Shown here in pieces: positions 206,600 through 222,055 of a stretch of DNA of 248,000 nt (position 1 is its first letter; the number at the start of each line of letters is the position of its first letter). Source of the DNA: Wallemia ichthyophaga EXF-994 (Eukaryota > Fungi > Basidiomycota); NCBI RefSeq assembly GCF_000400465.1, contig NW_008806282.1, positions 20,001 through 268,000 on the forward strand, read 5' to 3'. The translations under genes and the position numbers were made by a program. The notes under the pieces are model-generated. The model did not search any database. It saw only the letters and a program-made list of their open reading frames with translations, and was not told where the DNA came from.

Positions 206600-208313
206600 C
206601 TACCCAGCTTGACCAGCGAACTTCTTATCGTGACCTTTTTTGCGCTGAGCATTGCCCTGTTTCTCCTTGTTCTGGCGCTGACGATTATTGCCACTATGAC
206701 CAGCACCTTGCGTTGGAGCTCTACCTCTTCCGCCAGCACCACCACCTGCACCACCTCGACTAGCGCCTCTACCTCTTGAACCGCCTCTGGAATGCCTAGA
206801 CCTACCTTCCTGCACAGGTACATCTAAATTATTGTTTACGATATCCTTCTCCTGCGACAATCTTTGAATCTTGCGTGGATTCCTCATCACCTGCGAATAC
206901 CAGCCTTCTATTTGACTATCGTCGAGTCCACTAGCTTGACGCAGGCCTTCGCGCTCCTTCCCTCTGCGGGTGACGGAGGATTTGTCGAACACAGCGGCGT
207001 TTTCCTGGAAGGCCTTCTCCAAAATGCTGTAATCAACTTGTGGCGTAGCTGTGTCTGTCGATGCGCTACTAGCACTTGCCATCGGTCTGCTCCTGACAGC
207101 TAAAGCCATCTCTTCTTCATCTTCCAGTTGGTCTTCAGCTTCGGCTTCTATCTCCTCGATCTGCGCCTCTTCCGCCCTGCGCACGACGGATGCTTTGAGC
207201 TCCTCGCGCGCTGCATCGTCCATCGTGAGACCGAAGTTCCTGTGACGAATTGTTAGTTGAATTGATAGCAGACAGGATAAACGCCACCTACTTGGCTTTA
207301 CCGATGCGCAGTCTGCTGAAGTCAAGCTCATCCGCCTCGTCCGTGTCCCTAGGCTGTTCGACAGGCTCGTCCTGCGGGATGTGCACGGTACCCTCAAGCA
207401 ACGCCTCTACGAGAGCCTCTGGAGCGGCGTACTGCGGTAAGGTGAGCGCCTTCTCGACGAAAGATGGACTCTGGTCTGGGAAGATGTCCAACACGACATC
207501 GATGCGAGGGTCTCTGGTTGGTCTGGGTGGGAGATCTGGCACTGGTGGTGTTATTTCAGCCCCACTTGCACTCTTGCTAGGCAGATCTACATCCACATCC
207601 ATGACATCCAGCACGAGCAATTCTAATCTTTGACCGACGATCTGCAGATCGAAATTAGTAAGAGGGATAAGCAGCGTACTACTCTCAGTAGTTGTTTCGA
207701 AATCTGACATCATTGATGCATTCTTCAAAGGCCTGTCACTTAGCTCCGGTGGTGGTGTTCTGTCGAGTATGAAATTGAAGGCTTCTGATATCAGCGTTGC
207801 TGTGTTTGAATCATGCAAAGACTGTTGAAGCATGTTGTAGAGAATATCCATTACAACCAGCTTGTCTCCTCGCTCCAATTTGAGATAGATTCCATTGAGG
207901 TATCTGAACAAGACAAAGGCTGAATTCGCGAGAATGGCAGGGAAATTGATCGAGAAGCAGTGCAGCATATCTAACACTCTACCAAAGCGTCTGGCGGGAT
208001 TAGGCGTGAGGAGAATGTCGATATATTGCGTCAGTTCGAATGTCGTGTAGTGTGTAGATTGCGCAAGATGCTTCAAAGCTGTTACGTTGGTGCGGTGATA
208101 TGTACCAGCGAGGCATACGAGAGATTTTAGCGTCAGTCCCTTGCACCGTGCTTGCCGCTCAGCCAGCGTCAACACCACCGGCCGCACACTCGCATGCTCC
208201 GACTGGTCCTGGCAGGCGAACCAATCAAAGAGATCTTCCGCAGATCGATCACTAAGAGCCCTATTAGACTTGAGAATTTCGTTCAATTTTATATCGATTT
208301 TCCCCGCAGACAT
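206600..208313 (-). CDS. CUE-domain protein Cue3/ASCC2-like
   Basis: VLDIFPDQSPSFV..LVEALLEG, QIEGW, RGG tail, KKGHDKK. Confidence 0.75.
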
Positions 208314-208343
208314 TGGTTGTTGAGCAACAACGACGTCGAGGAG

Positions 208344-209460
208344 ATGCAGGACGAGGCAAATGATTTGAGATGCAACAGCCTGCGATGCCGCAAGATGCTG
208401 ATAGAAGAAGGCAAAGCGGGTGGGTGGCTGTGTACCTCAAGCGCATCTCCAATAAGCACAAACAGTGACAACGACATGCTCGCGTGAGATGCTCAGCGTG
208501 GCTCACAAGAAGCGCTCATAAAGTACATCAGACATTTTCTGCATCGATTGCGCCACAGATCTTTTCGAAGATAGCCAGACGTGTCCTGCGTGCCATACTA
208601 ATCTCGCCGAGCGCGATGATATCATTGTTTGGTCGCGCTTTGTTCTCGCATCTCGGCTGATAGAATACAGCTCAGCTCGCTTGAACCCTCTGAGGAATAC
208701 AAGAGCAGCTGCTTAGCCGGACTGTCCCCACAGCTTATCATGGATATCGCTGGACGCGCTTTTAGGTTCTGGCAGTATCAGCATTCTGAGGAGGCTGGCT
208801 TCCAGGCAATGCTGCTCAGGGATGTACAGGAGAAATTGGCAGTGGTTGAAAATAAACACCAAGGCCAAGCGAGGGAATGTGAGGGTTTTCGCTTTGGTAG
208901 TTTATGTACTGACGCAACGAGCTAGTCAGCAGCCAAGTTTCAGGTGAGCTGATAAGCTGATCGTCACCTATGGCCAGCTCTAAAAACACCGGAAAGCGCT
209001 TCAGATGCAAGTCAGCAATGTCACTTTAGAACTCCACGGCGAGCGGCGCAGAGTTCAGGCGCTTATCAAATCCCACCAAGAACAAGAAAATGAAATAAAG
209101 AGAGTCAAGAGCAGCGTAATAGCAAATAGACGCAACAGCCTAACTGAGAGAGGCACTAGATCGACAATGCACATCCCACAGCAGGAGCGACTGGAACGAC
209201 TGGAAACACCGCCTCACACTGCACAATACGCTCCTCCAACTCCAAGTAGAATAGCGACTGCGAATATATACGCTATGCAGAATGCCTCACATAGTAACGG
209301 TTATAACGTTTACAACGGCTATGAAAGGACCTCCGCCGCGTTCGGTTTCAACAGAGGTGGTCCGTTCGAAGCAGTAAACAAGTCACCCGTGAAGCGTATC
209401 AGTACTTCATCCCCAATCAAGACTCATGCCTTATCGCGCAAAACCTATCTACATAGGTAA
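208344..209460 (+). CDS. HEI10: Meiotic crossover E3 ligase HEI10/CCNB1IP1
   Basis: LRCNSLRCR, HIFCIDCA, CPACHTNL, PSEEYKSSCLAGLSPQLIMDIAGRAFRFWQYQ. Confidence 0.85.
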
Positions 209461-209506
209461 GGAAAAACGAAACAAAACATGAATAAATGGAAATACACAA
209501 ACAACT

Positions 209507-211836
209507 TTACCAGTCCATTTTCTTTGCTGTGGATTTCGGTGGGTTGAAAGTTCTCCCAGCGTATTCTTGACCATCTAACCAGGGCCAGGTGTCCGATCTA
209601 CGCTTTTCAAACTGAACAATATCACTTTCTTTCTGTAATGTTAATCCGATATCATCTAAACCATTAAGAAGACAGTGTCGACGGAAGTCATCGACGTCGA
209701 ATGATAATTCTTGGCCGTTGTGTCTTCTCACCACCTTCCTCTCGAGGTCGACCTCTACCTCTTTCATAGCCTTTGCATCGTTAGAGAGGTTGATAACATC
209801 TTGCTGTGGTAATATAACTGGTAACATGCCGTTCTTGAAAGTGTTGTTAAAGAAAATATCAGCAAAGGATGTCGAAATGATACATTTGATGCCTTGGTCC
209901 AATAGAGCCCATGGAGCGTGTTCTCTAGACGAGCCACAGCCAAAGTTACCACCGACGTTGACAAGAATATTTGCCTTGTTCCATGGCTCGTTGTTGAGGA
210001 CAAAGTTTGGATCAGGTTCACCTGTTTGTTGGTTGTATCTCATCCCGTAGAACGCAGCACTACCTAAGCCGGTACGCTTGATAGTCTTTAAGAATTGCTT
210101 TGGTATAATCATATCCGTGTCAATGTTTGGCAAGTCCAACGCAGCTGCGATGCCCGACAACTTGATAAATTTACTCATTCCAGCTGGTGATGACTTTCTG
210201 TTGGTTTGTTGAACAGCTGAAGGTGGACCATCAGTTTCCGGTGGACCAGTTGGAACAGCCTTTGGAATTTTAATGGTGGATTGATTTGAAGTGTAATCCT
210301 TAGGGTCTAAAATTTTCAATGCAGGCTCGTCAGTCGAAGTAGCTGATGGTAATGATGAGCTTAATGTTCTGACATCGGTGAGTTTACCGGTGATTGCAGC
210401 AGCAGCAGCCATAGCAGGAGAACACAAGTGAGTTCTACCACCTGCACCTTGTCTACCTTCAAAGTTTCTGTTGGAAGTAGAAGCGCATCTCTCTTGTGGA
210501 GCCAGTTGATCGGGGTTCATTCCCAAACACATCGAGCAACCAGCTTCTCTCCAGTCGAAACCAGCTGCTATCAAGATTCTATCGATACCTTCAGCTTCAG
210601 CTTGTCTTTTGACGTTTCCAGAACCTGGTACAATCATTGCAAGTTTAACATTGTTTGAAACTTTTCTACCTCTTGCAATTGCAGCAGTGGCTCTTAAATC
210701 CTCGATACGTGAGTTTGTGCATGAACCGATGAAAACTTTGTCGACAGAGATATCAGTCATTTGTATACCAGGTTCTAAGCCCATGTAATCTAATGAGCGT
210801 TGACAACCTTGTCTCTTTGGACCTTCAGGAAGAGACATAGGATCAGGTACCTTTTCAGTAATTGGGACGACATCTTGTGGGGAAGTACCCCAGGAAACGG
210901 TTGGAGCGATATCGCTAGAATCAATATTGACCTCAATATCATAGGATGATTCAGGATCTGAGTTGAGAGTTTGCCAGTATTTGATAGCTTTATCCCACTC
211001 ATCACCTTTTGGAGCAAGTGGTCTAGACATAAGGTAATCGTAAGTAACTTGATCAGGAGCAATCATACCAGCTCTTGCACCACCCTCGATGGCCATGTTA
211101 CAAATGGACATTCTCGCTTCCATTGAAAGAGAGCGGATGGTAGAACCGCAGAACTCAATGACGCAACCAGTACCACCGGCAGTACCAATGATACCAATGA
211201 CATGTAAGACTAAATCTTTCGAAGTAACGCCCTCGCCTAGAGGGCCTTCGACGGATATTTTCATGTTTTTAGATTTTGAGGAGAGGATTGTTTGAGTTGC
211301 GAGAACATGTTCGACTTCGGAGGTACCGATACCGAAAGCAAGGGCACCGAAGGCACCATGAGTTGAAGTGTGAGAGTCACCACAAACAACGGTAGTACCA
211401 GGAAGAGTAAAGCCCTGTTCAGGACCAATGATATGAACAATACCTTGTCTTGAATCGTCCATACCAAAGTACGTCAAGCCAAACTCTTTGATATTGTCTT
211501 CAAGAGTAGAACATTGAGTACGTGAATCTTGTTCAGTGATAAAAGAGGAAATTGATTTGAAGTTGTTCCTTGTTGAAGTAGGTATATTGTGATCGACAGT
211601 GGCAAGAGTACAGTCAGGTCTTCTAACTTTTCTGCCTGCATTTCTTAACCCTTCAAAGGCTTGAGGGGAAGTAACTTCATGGACCAAATGACGATCAATG
211701 AAGATGATGTTTGTGCCATTATCTTGGTTAACGATGTGATCGTCGAATACCTGTAACATTTGTGTTAGTTGTAATGAATATTTAATAAATAACATACCTT
211801 TTCATATAAAGTGCGTGGTTTTGTGCTATTTACCAT
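209507..211836 (-). CDS. LEU1: 3-isopropylmalate dehydratase
   Basis: [37 protein letters not shown]. Confidence 0.97.
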
Positions 211837-212369
211837 GATTGTTGTGAGCAAGAAGAGGCGGCCATTCAACCAATCAGGAATAGTCAGTTTGAAATACAAA
211901 TAAAGATAAGTGAATATCGATTAAACTCATCCATATCAGTTTGATAGTGTTTATTTAGTTCTTCCGATTAGTTTATCGGATTTCGGCCTATGCGATTACA
212001 AGTCCGATTTACAGATAAGTTTGAAGGCACTCAACTAGTTACAAAAATAAAAACACTTAAAACTATTGAAATGCTGAATCTATTAAGCAATAGATTAAAA
212101 TTGAGGAATCTACTCAAATGTTTACAAGGGTTTAACATAAGACACGTATTTTAGATAATATACGCAATACTCACTGAAATTACTTGGTTCGTTAAAAATT
212201 TACACATACAATTATCAATTTGATAGAAATCCTTTTCAGGTAAACAGCAATGCAACTCGAATACGGATGTGAGTTGAATATTGACAGGTTTACCAATTAA
212301 ATAACAATCTCAAGTAAGAAGCCTAAAGGACTTGAAATTAATAAAGAATTTCACAAATTTATTTGATTT

Positions 212370-213998
212370 GTGAGTGTTACGAGGTGTAGCTGGCATCTGG
212401 CATCTCAAGTAACACTCAATAGACCTGCAGAAGTGAAGATATTCAAATACTCAAATTGCGGTCAATACTTAGCATATGCTCTATCTGATAGTGTTATAAT
212501 CGCAAACTCTGCCGGTAGCACTCTATCACAGTTGAATATCAAGCAATGTCAAGATTTACAATTCAGCTGTAAATCAACTTACTTACAGACTTGGACTAGA
212601 TCCGTTAGACTCGATAATCAAGATTTCAGTGAAAATGTTGAAATTTGGTCGTTGGACGGCACAAAACAATTCTCAACAACAGTAAAGCAAATAGAGAACT
212701 GGACGTTGAATTTCACTTCAGATGATAAATACGCTGTGAAGCAACAATCCAATGAAATCCTAGTTTACGATACTGCAAACTGGTCGAAAGGATTCACCAA
212801 CAAATTAAAGGTCGATGGTATGATCACTTATTCTCTCTCACCTGGTCAGAATCCACACTTGGCTACTTTCATAGCAGAGAAGAAAGGTGCTCCTGCTTCA
212901 CTGAGATTATACTCCTTGGTTGGTCTATCAAACAGCTCAAAGCCAGTATCACAAAAGACCTTCTTCAAAGCAGACAGAGTCATGATGAAGTGGAATGACA
213001 TTGGTACAACCCTTTTATTCCAAACTCAAACAGATTTTGACAAAACCAACAAAAATTACTACGGTGAATCCAACTTATACTTATTATCAACGATCGGTGG
213101 GGGTTACGACGCGAGGATTACTCTCGACAAACCAGGTCCTATCCATGACTTCAACTGGTCACCAAACAGCAAAGAATTCATCGTCATCTACGGTTATATG
213201 CCTGCAAAGGCAACTCTTTTTGACCAAAGAGGTAATCCAACCTTTGATTTCGGTACAAATCCTAGAAACTTCACCTTGTTCAACCCACAAGCTAGATTTA
213301 TCCTCATTGCAGGTTTCGGTAACTTGGCTGGTCAAGTTGATATTTGGGATAGAAAATCACTTAAGAAAGTTTGTCAAATCGATTGCTCAAACACGTCACA
213401 CTGTGAATGGTCACCTGATGGAAGATTCATCCTCACAGCAACCTGTTCACCTAGATTAAGAGTCGACAATGGTGTAAAGGTCTGGCACTTGACTGGTAAA
213501 CTGATTGACATAAAACCAATTGAAGAATTATATCAAGTGCATTGGAGACCTCAAGATGTAAGCAACTTCCCAGACTTTAAATCAGAGATTGAACCACCAC
213601 CAACACCAAACCAATCCGTTATCCAATATCAAAACCCATCTGACAGCAAACCAAAAGTCACTGGCGCATACAAACCTCCTCACGCTAGAGGAACACCATC
213701 ATCATCTGGAACTTCTACGCCTAAAAGTAAACAGATTCCAGGCGCGCCTTCACCAAAACCTCCACCTCAACGCAAGCAAAAAGATAATGCATCACAAGCA
213801 TCACAAGCATCAGCATCAGCACAAAATGATCAACTCACTCCAGTGGATAAAAAGGTTCGCAATCTCACAAAGAAACTTAAAGCTATTGAAGAACTCAAAG
213901 ATAAGCAAAACAAGGGTGAAAAATTAGAAAAAACTCAATTGGCTAAATTAGACAGTGAAGAGGAGATCACTAAGGAAATTGCACAACTCAAAATGTGA
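212370..213998 (+). CDS. Translation initiation factor eIF2A (5' exons unresolved)
   Basis: KTFFKAD, NYYGE, GYMPAK, AGFGNL, PRLRVDNG. Confidence 0.92.
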   Translation: MSVTRCSWHLASQVTLNRPAEVKIFKYSNCGQYLAYALSDSVIIANSAGSTLSQLNIKQCQDLQFSCKSTYLQTWTRSVRLDNQDFSENVEIWSLDGTKQFSTTVKQIENWTLNFTSDDKYAVKQQSNEILVYDTANWSKGFTNKLKVDGMITYSLSPGQNPHLATFIAEKKGAPASLRLYSLVGLSNSSKPVSQKTFFKADRVMMKWNDIGTTLLFQTQTDFDKTNKNYYGESNLYLLSTIGGGYDARITLDKPGPIHDFNWSPNSKEFIVIYGYMPAKATLFDQRGNPTFDFGTNPRNFTLFNPQARFILIAGFGNLAGQVDIWDRKSLKKVCQIDCSNTSHCEWSPDGRFILTATCSPRLRVDNGVKVWHLTGKLIDIKPIEELYQVHWRPQDVSNFPDFKSEIEPPPTPNQSVIQYQNPSDSKPKVTGAYKPPHARGTPSSSGTSTPKSKQIPGAPSPKPPPQRKQKDNASQASQASASAQNDQLTPVDKKVRNLTKKLKAIEELKDKQNKGEKLEKTQLAKLDSEEEITKEIAQLKM

Positions 213999-214070
213999 AA
214001 AACCTTGTTTAGCGTGAAGTTTGAAACAAAATTATATTCATTTTTATTACTTCAGATAAAGCTAACGATA

Positions 214071-216449
<2,379 letters not shown>

Positions 216450-216507
216450 GTTGGCTGTTGGCTGTTCGATGTCACGTTGAAAGAGGTTATTTACTGTATT
216501 CTTTAAT

Positions 216508-217900
216508 TTATAATACAAAGCACGATGGTTTCCAGTCTGATCCTCTCACTGGCGTTGGCTTGAAGCTATAGCTTGGTTTATTAGCCAGTCCATTACCCAG
216601 TGCATCCCTTGAAATTGAAGAAGGTACACCGCCAATATCTTGTGCTTCTTTGACCATATCTAAGCAGTATTGGTCTATTGGTAGGTTGTTCAGATGTCTT
216701 CCAAACGGCTCGCTCACTGTCATGTTTCATCTTTAGCTTGTCTTCTCCACCGAATAATAACACCCACGCTGTGATGATATTGCATCTATCCCACAAAAGA
216801 AAAACGCCACTATTCCTGTAATCGGTATTGCCATCCATCCCAAACTACTAACCAGCTGCGGTGGTATTGCCAGTAAATACAGCCCAAGCACTTGATTGAG
216901 GTGAATGCTTAGGATTAATGGAATTGGGGCTGTTTCTGTCATCAGATTATAATAAAATTGTTTTCAAAACCTACTATCTCTGATCTTCTCCGCCTCAGTT
217001 AGCCAACTAGTCATTTCTTTGACATATCCTGTTAAATTGACGTATAGCGCTGTGTCAATATGTGTCTTTGTTTGATCTTTGGCCTTCTCAGGTCTGTTAT
217101 TGTAAAATCCGTTGAGGTAAACTTGAAGCAAGCGTAAAACTGATAGGGGAATGTTACGAGGTCTTGAATTGCTCAATACGGATTGAGGTACACTAAGCAA
217201 CTCATCATTTTCCTTGTCATTGAGCTGTTGATGCTGCTTTTCGACTTCATTAGTTGCATTGCTTGCTGGTTGCTGCCTGTTGATCGATGAGTCAGGCACA
217301 TCTGAGTCGACATTCTTAACGGTAGTTGATGGCTTTTCTTCATTCAATTCCTTATTCTTGTCATTCTCTTGTGAACTTTGCAAAGAGGATGTTCGCGACG
217401 GTGGTTGTGATGGATCTGGTGATGTTGATTCAAACCTCACCCTGCTGGGAAACGTCTTTTTCAAACTGGCCAGATAGCCTTTAGGGAGTAACACCTGTAG
217501 ATCAAGTTCATCTAAGCCTTTGTTTTGGTTCTCTCGAAGATGATACCTGGCTGCGTGTGAGAAATATGTCTCGGCATGGATAAACCCACTTTAAAGCGAC
217601 AGGGAAGGCTAGAATTAATCCAACAAACTCCTCTATAGCCTTTTCATTCTCAAAATGGCTATTTACCTCCAAAACGGAGGAAGACAATCTCATAAATGAT
217701 CTAACAGTTGACTGTATGTTTGACCAGAGATTTCTGCCTTCTTGCCACCTATAAATGGCTTGAGCTTTTCGGAATATTGTGCACATTCGACCCACCGCTG
217801 TATAGAAGATGACGCCCGCATTGATACTAGCAAGCCTATCACTGGGGTGATTGAGTGACGGCGGATGCAGAAACGACAGCAACTAACCAATCGATACCAT
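216508..217900 (-). CDS. Bestrophin/UPF0187-type anion channel
   Basis: YRWQEGRNLW, FPVALK, FCGIDAI..EPFG..NLPID. Confidence 0.8.
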
Positions 217901-218167
217901 CATGGTTAGGCTTCTCGATGCCTTGCATATCCCTTTCATCACCTCTTTATCGCCCCACGTTTGGATAATTGCCGCCCACACAGCGAAGAAGACTACTCGA
218001 CGGAGTGTGCTCGGCCTTATGAAACTACAAATCAGAATACACCGACAACACATTCGAATCGACTGACCATACTGATTTACCGAATTCGAGAGATATGGGC
218101 AGGAAGCTCGTCATATCGTGGTTGATTACGAGCAAGATGATAAATTAAATTACAATACGTGAGATAT

Positions 218168-219183
218168 TCATGACATTTCAGTATCCTGTGTATTAACGTT
218201 ATTGCTGCCTGGCTTCTTCATAAAATCATCCAATTCCTGTTTTCTCTATGAGCCTGTCTTCTCTACGCCAATGCCGATTGGTTACTCACTTTATCGAGGG
218301 AGTCGCTATCTTTTGGAGCTGGCTTTGATTTAATGTTTGCAGGTTTTGTTTGCTTACGCGGGCGAGAAGATTGCTTTGATCTGGTTTAGATAAGTCAGTG
218401 GTTCTTTACACGACTATGACTAGCCCAACCAACCTTGGACCAGATGGCGGCGGGTCTGAGTGCACCTTTGCGCCTAGTCTGCTTAACAATGAGCTACCAG
218501 TAGCACCAGAGCGTGAAGGTGGGTCTACTGTGAAATATCCATATGGTTCAACTCTAATCTCTTGATCTGATCATTTGTCAGCTTCAGTAGCAAGCTAAAG
218601 TACGCGTGAGCTAACCCTTTGCTGTCTTTCCATCAAACATGTCGATCGCCCTGTCGGCATCAATTGATTTCTCAAACGCTACAACTGCTTCACCAGTACT
218701 TCTGCCGCTCTTATCATACTTGACTACCAACTTAGTCAATTGGAATCCATTGAATATATTCTGATTGTGTTACTGTAAGCTTCCTTTGGTCGATTAGGCA
218801 GCTAAGGTACTAACAGCCAGCATTTCCTCGTTTATTTCATAATGAAGATTGCTCAGCTTGACCTGATTCTCTTTCTCACCATCCGGTGGCTGACGCGGTT
218901 CTCTTGGTCGATTCGACGTTGGCCTCCTAGTGAACGAGCTTGTCGATGAGCGCTAATTTGATGTTAGATGAGCACCTTTAATTCTATCATACTCTTTACA
219001 TATTCAATTGGCTTCGATTCCCCGCGCTGCTTCCGGAATCCACCTCGACGTCTACCAGAACTGCCACGCTTATTATCAACTTTTGAGCTCTTTTTTTGCT
219101 TGACGATATCATCCAAGCTCATGTCAATATCCCTTTACACTTTTATCAGTTCTTGTTCGCGCTTCCATCGGCCTATCTCACAT
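218168..219183 (-). CDS. Second ALYREF/Mlo3-like mRNA export adaptor (multi-exon; absent from ORF track)
   Basis: Spliced MDIDMSLDDI, RRM with GRSTGEAVV, C-terminal SLDKELDDFM. Confidence 0.8.
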
Positions 219184-219270
219184 AGTCGCCATCCCGTGAT
219201 GAAGGTATTTAACAGGTCTGAGAACATAAAGTGTTTTATTATATATTGTTTTATATTTTCGCTCATCTAA

Positions 219271-221571
219271 TCAGGAATGATTGCAAGAATGCCTGCTTGC
219301 ACTTAGTAATCTATAATTATCGAAACGTTTACTCACAACTACAGCCATCCCGCTTACCAGCCAGAATGTAAACTTATATCCACCAATGTCAGTTGCTAGA
219401 AATGTCTTCCATAGATATCCTCCAAATATTGGTCCCAAGAATCTAGATAAACTGACCGCTGACTGACCGTAACTATTCGTTAGTCCAGATATTTCCGGGG
219501 GTGACATGACGTTAATTAGGATAGTAATGCTAGTATACGCTGCCGTCGTCGCTGCGTATCTTATTGCATTAAGTATCGCCAATCCTGTCATCACTAACAC
219601 ATCAGACGATGATTCAGGTCGAACTAACTTTCTTGCAAACGGCACTAATCCATAAGTGAGAATGTAAATCACTGATGAAATCCTGAACATCTGCAAATGA
219701 CTCAAATTGCCATTTGGTGGTCCTATTTTACCATATAGATAGAACTGGTAAAACATACTGAACCCTGCCATCATGGCGATGAGCGACGAAAAGTGAGATG
219801 GTGTCAATGACAACCCGCCGCTGGTATACTCTGTTAATAGGAATGTTGTAAAGAGTTGGTCGAATGTGGTATTATGCAATGCAAGGAAGGCGTACTGACT
219901 CAGTACAATTTTTATCATGACAGACATTTCCACTGGCTTCCTTTCAGTGATAAGAGGTTGATTTTGTTCAGGTATAGCTCTTAATCTCCTATTAGCGCCT
220001 TCTAGATCATCAAATTGATCATCCAACCCAACCCAACTCTTCTGGGAGGTAAGTCCGACATTATCCAGAATCGATTTCGGTCTGGCAGCTTTATTATCAA
220101 CCAGGTGATTACGCGGAACTGAGCCCAACAAAGCGAGGTTTTCTTCACCTAGTCTGTCACCTCTATCTGCAATTGAACTTGGTCTGCTAAACCCAAGTCC
220201 TGCGCTGTCTCTGAAGCTGTTCCTGAAACCGATAGATGGTGAAGGTCGGATTGAAGCACTGCTAGATAGCTCTTCAATATCTCTTTCAGAGTGGTTATTA
220301 AAATCCGTCGTTTCATTGTCAAAATCACGATTCTCATCATGGTTTTCTTCACGGTTTTCATCTTCGTTGTCTTCGTAATGCGATGCAAATCCACTGTGTT
220401 CTTCTTCAATAGCCACATTATCACCTTCCTCCTCTTGATTCAAACGCTCAACCTCCCTAGTTAAGGCTGTCTGAACCCACAAGTCAGTGATAGATACGAC
220501 ATTCTCCTCCTGAGCCCTGAGCAGTCTTTGCGCAAATGACATTCTTTGATTGGGTTGTGATTGTGATAAAGCTTCATCATTATTATCATTGCCAAAAACA
220601 GTGGATGTACGTCTAGAATGTGAACGGATGTCATGAAGTGGCGAAGTTGGCCTTTCATAGCGTACTTGACCGCTAAAAGCCCTTTTGATAAAGTCTATAG
220701 CGCATTTTTTAAATGAATTAGCGTCCTCAGGTAATCTTATCGACGTGAAAAGCGGTCCGGCGTCTCTGCTGACGAACGCTGTGAGTGTGCTACCAAAGAC
220801 CAAGATACTAGCGGCTACAAAGCAAGGCAAAGCGTAAGGGTATTTTGCAAAAAACTTATGTTTCTCCTCGGGGAATAGAAAGGGATATCTGACGGTGGGA
220901 CTTTCAAAGAGCCCTCCGATTATCGGACCGAAGATCGAACCAGCACCCCAGCTGAATGATAAAATAGCATATGCTCTGGCTTCATTGGTACTGTCTGTTA
221001 TGTCTTTGACGGCGGATCTAGACACACCAATGGCACCACTGAAGAGTCCTTGTAGTAGCCTAACGCAGATAGCTTCACCAAGAGAGCGGCAAGTGCCAAA
221101 CAGACTGGTGGCTATGGCATTACCAAATAAGCTAATAAAGAGGGTGATTCTGCGTCCATAACGATCTGCGATGTTTGACCACATCAGTGCCGTTATAAAT
221201 TGAGACAAGAAGAAAGCTGCACCAAGTATACCCGTATAATATCCTACCAAGCTTTCATCGTTATGAGTAATAGCAAACTTGGATACCATTATGAATATGA
221301 AAGGTGCTGCCACGGATGCAGATAAGAATTCACTAAGCATGGAGAAGGATAAAAGAGATATCGGGAGCTTTGGAAGAGGATTACTTGGTTCTACTTTTGT
221401 CTTGATGGGCACTCCCTGGCTAAATATCGTAGACTCTCCCAGTCTGCGTCCAAGTGGCATACTAGTCGGACGCGTAGAGCTCGTACCAAGCAATGCCGAT
221501 TGGGTTCCTGATCTACTTCTAAATAGCCTTCTCCTCCTCACTGTAGGTGTCGTCGTGTCATGGTGCTCCAT
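219271..221571 (-). CDS. MFS transporter with long central loop (YCR023C-like)
   Basis: WSNIADRYGRR, RLLQGLFSG, GPIIGG, ARFLGP-like. Confidence 0.88.
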   Translation of the reverse strand: MEHHDTTTPTVRRRRLFRSRSGTQSALLGTSSTRPTSMPLGRRLGESTIFSQGVPIKTKVEPSNPLPKLPISLLSFSMLSEFLSASVAAPFIFIMVSKFAITHNDESLVGYYTGILGAAFFLSQFITALMWSNIADRYGRRITLFISLFGNAIATSLFGTCRSLGEAICVRLLQGLFSGAIGVSRSAVKDITDSTNEARAYAILSFSWGAGSIFGPIIGGLFESPTVRYPFLFPEEKHKFFAKYPYALPCFVAASILVFGSTLTAFVSRDAGPLFTSIRLPEDANSFKKCAIDFIKRAFSGQVRYERPTSPLHDIRSHSRRTSTVFGNDNNDEALSQSQPNQRMSFAQRLLRAQEENVVSITDLWVQTALTREVERLNQEEEGDNVAIEEEHSGFASHYEDNEDENREENHDENRDFDNETTDFNNHSERDIEELSSSASIRPSPSIGFRNSFRDSAGLGFSRPSSIADRGDRLGEENLALLGSVPRNHLVDNKAARPKSILDNVGLTSQKSWVGLDDQFDDLEGANRRLRAIPEQNQPLITERKPVEMSVMIKIVLSQYAFLALHNTTFDQLFTTFLLTEYTSGGLSLTPSHFSSLIAMMAGFSMFYQFYLYGKIGPPNGNLSHLQMFRISSVIYILTYGLVPFARKLVRPESSSDVLVMTGLAILNAIRYAATTAAYTSITILINVMSPPEISGLTNSYGQSAVSLSRFLGPIFGGYLWKTFLATDIGGYKFTFWLVSGMAVVVSKRFDNYRLLSASRHSCNHS

Positions 221572-222055
221572 CTCGTAAATGAGCGTCAGAGAGAAAGCAA
221601 CGGCGAAATTGGACAAGACGTCATAACAGGAATTATAATTTTTTAACTCGCTAGCAGAACTAAAAGTGGCGTGTTTCGTGTTCGTTGTTTTAATTGTGGG
221701 TCTTCACGCCCGGGATTAGTCAACCCACTCGGGAGCTGTTACAGTGGATATATCCTGTGGAGTGGATGGGCAGCCTATCCAGTAAATAGCCTCCAGCCAA
221801 ACCATCAAACCAAATTATTATGATTTCTCATTTCTTCGCGGTTCGCCGTCTTATGGACCATCGAGGTTATCGCTGTAAATGATCTGCGGCAATTCTAGTA
221901 AGCTTTATATTCATTCCAGCACCTCTCTGGTCTTCGAATAATATCTGGTACTCGACTTTCAAGTCTTCTTTAAGCGATACTCCGCGTAAGGCTGCAGTGT
222001 TTCACTCCTGCATAAGCCTCTCTGACCTCAACCCCCAAGACCTGGCAGTCCGCAG

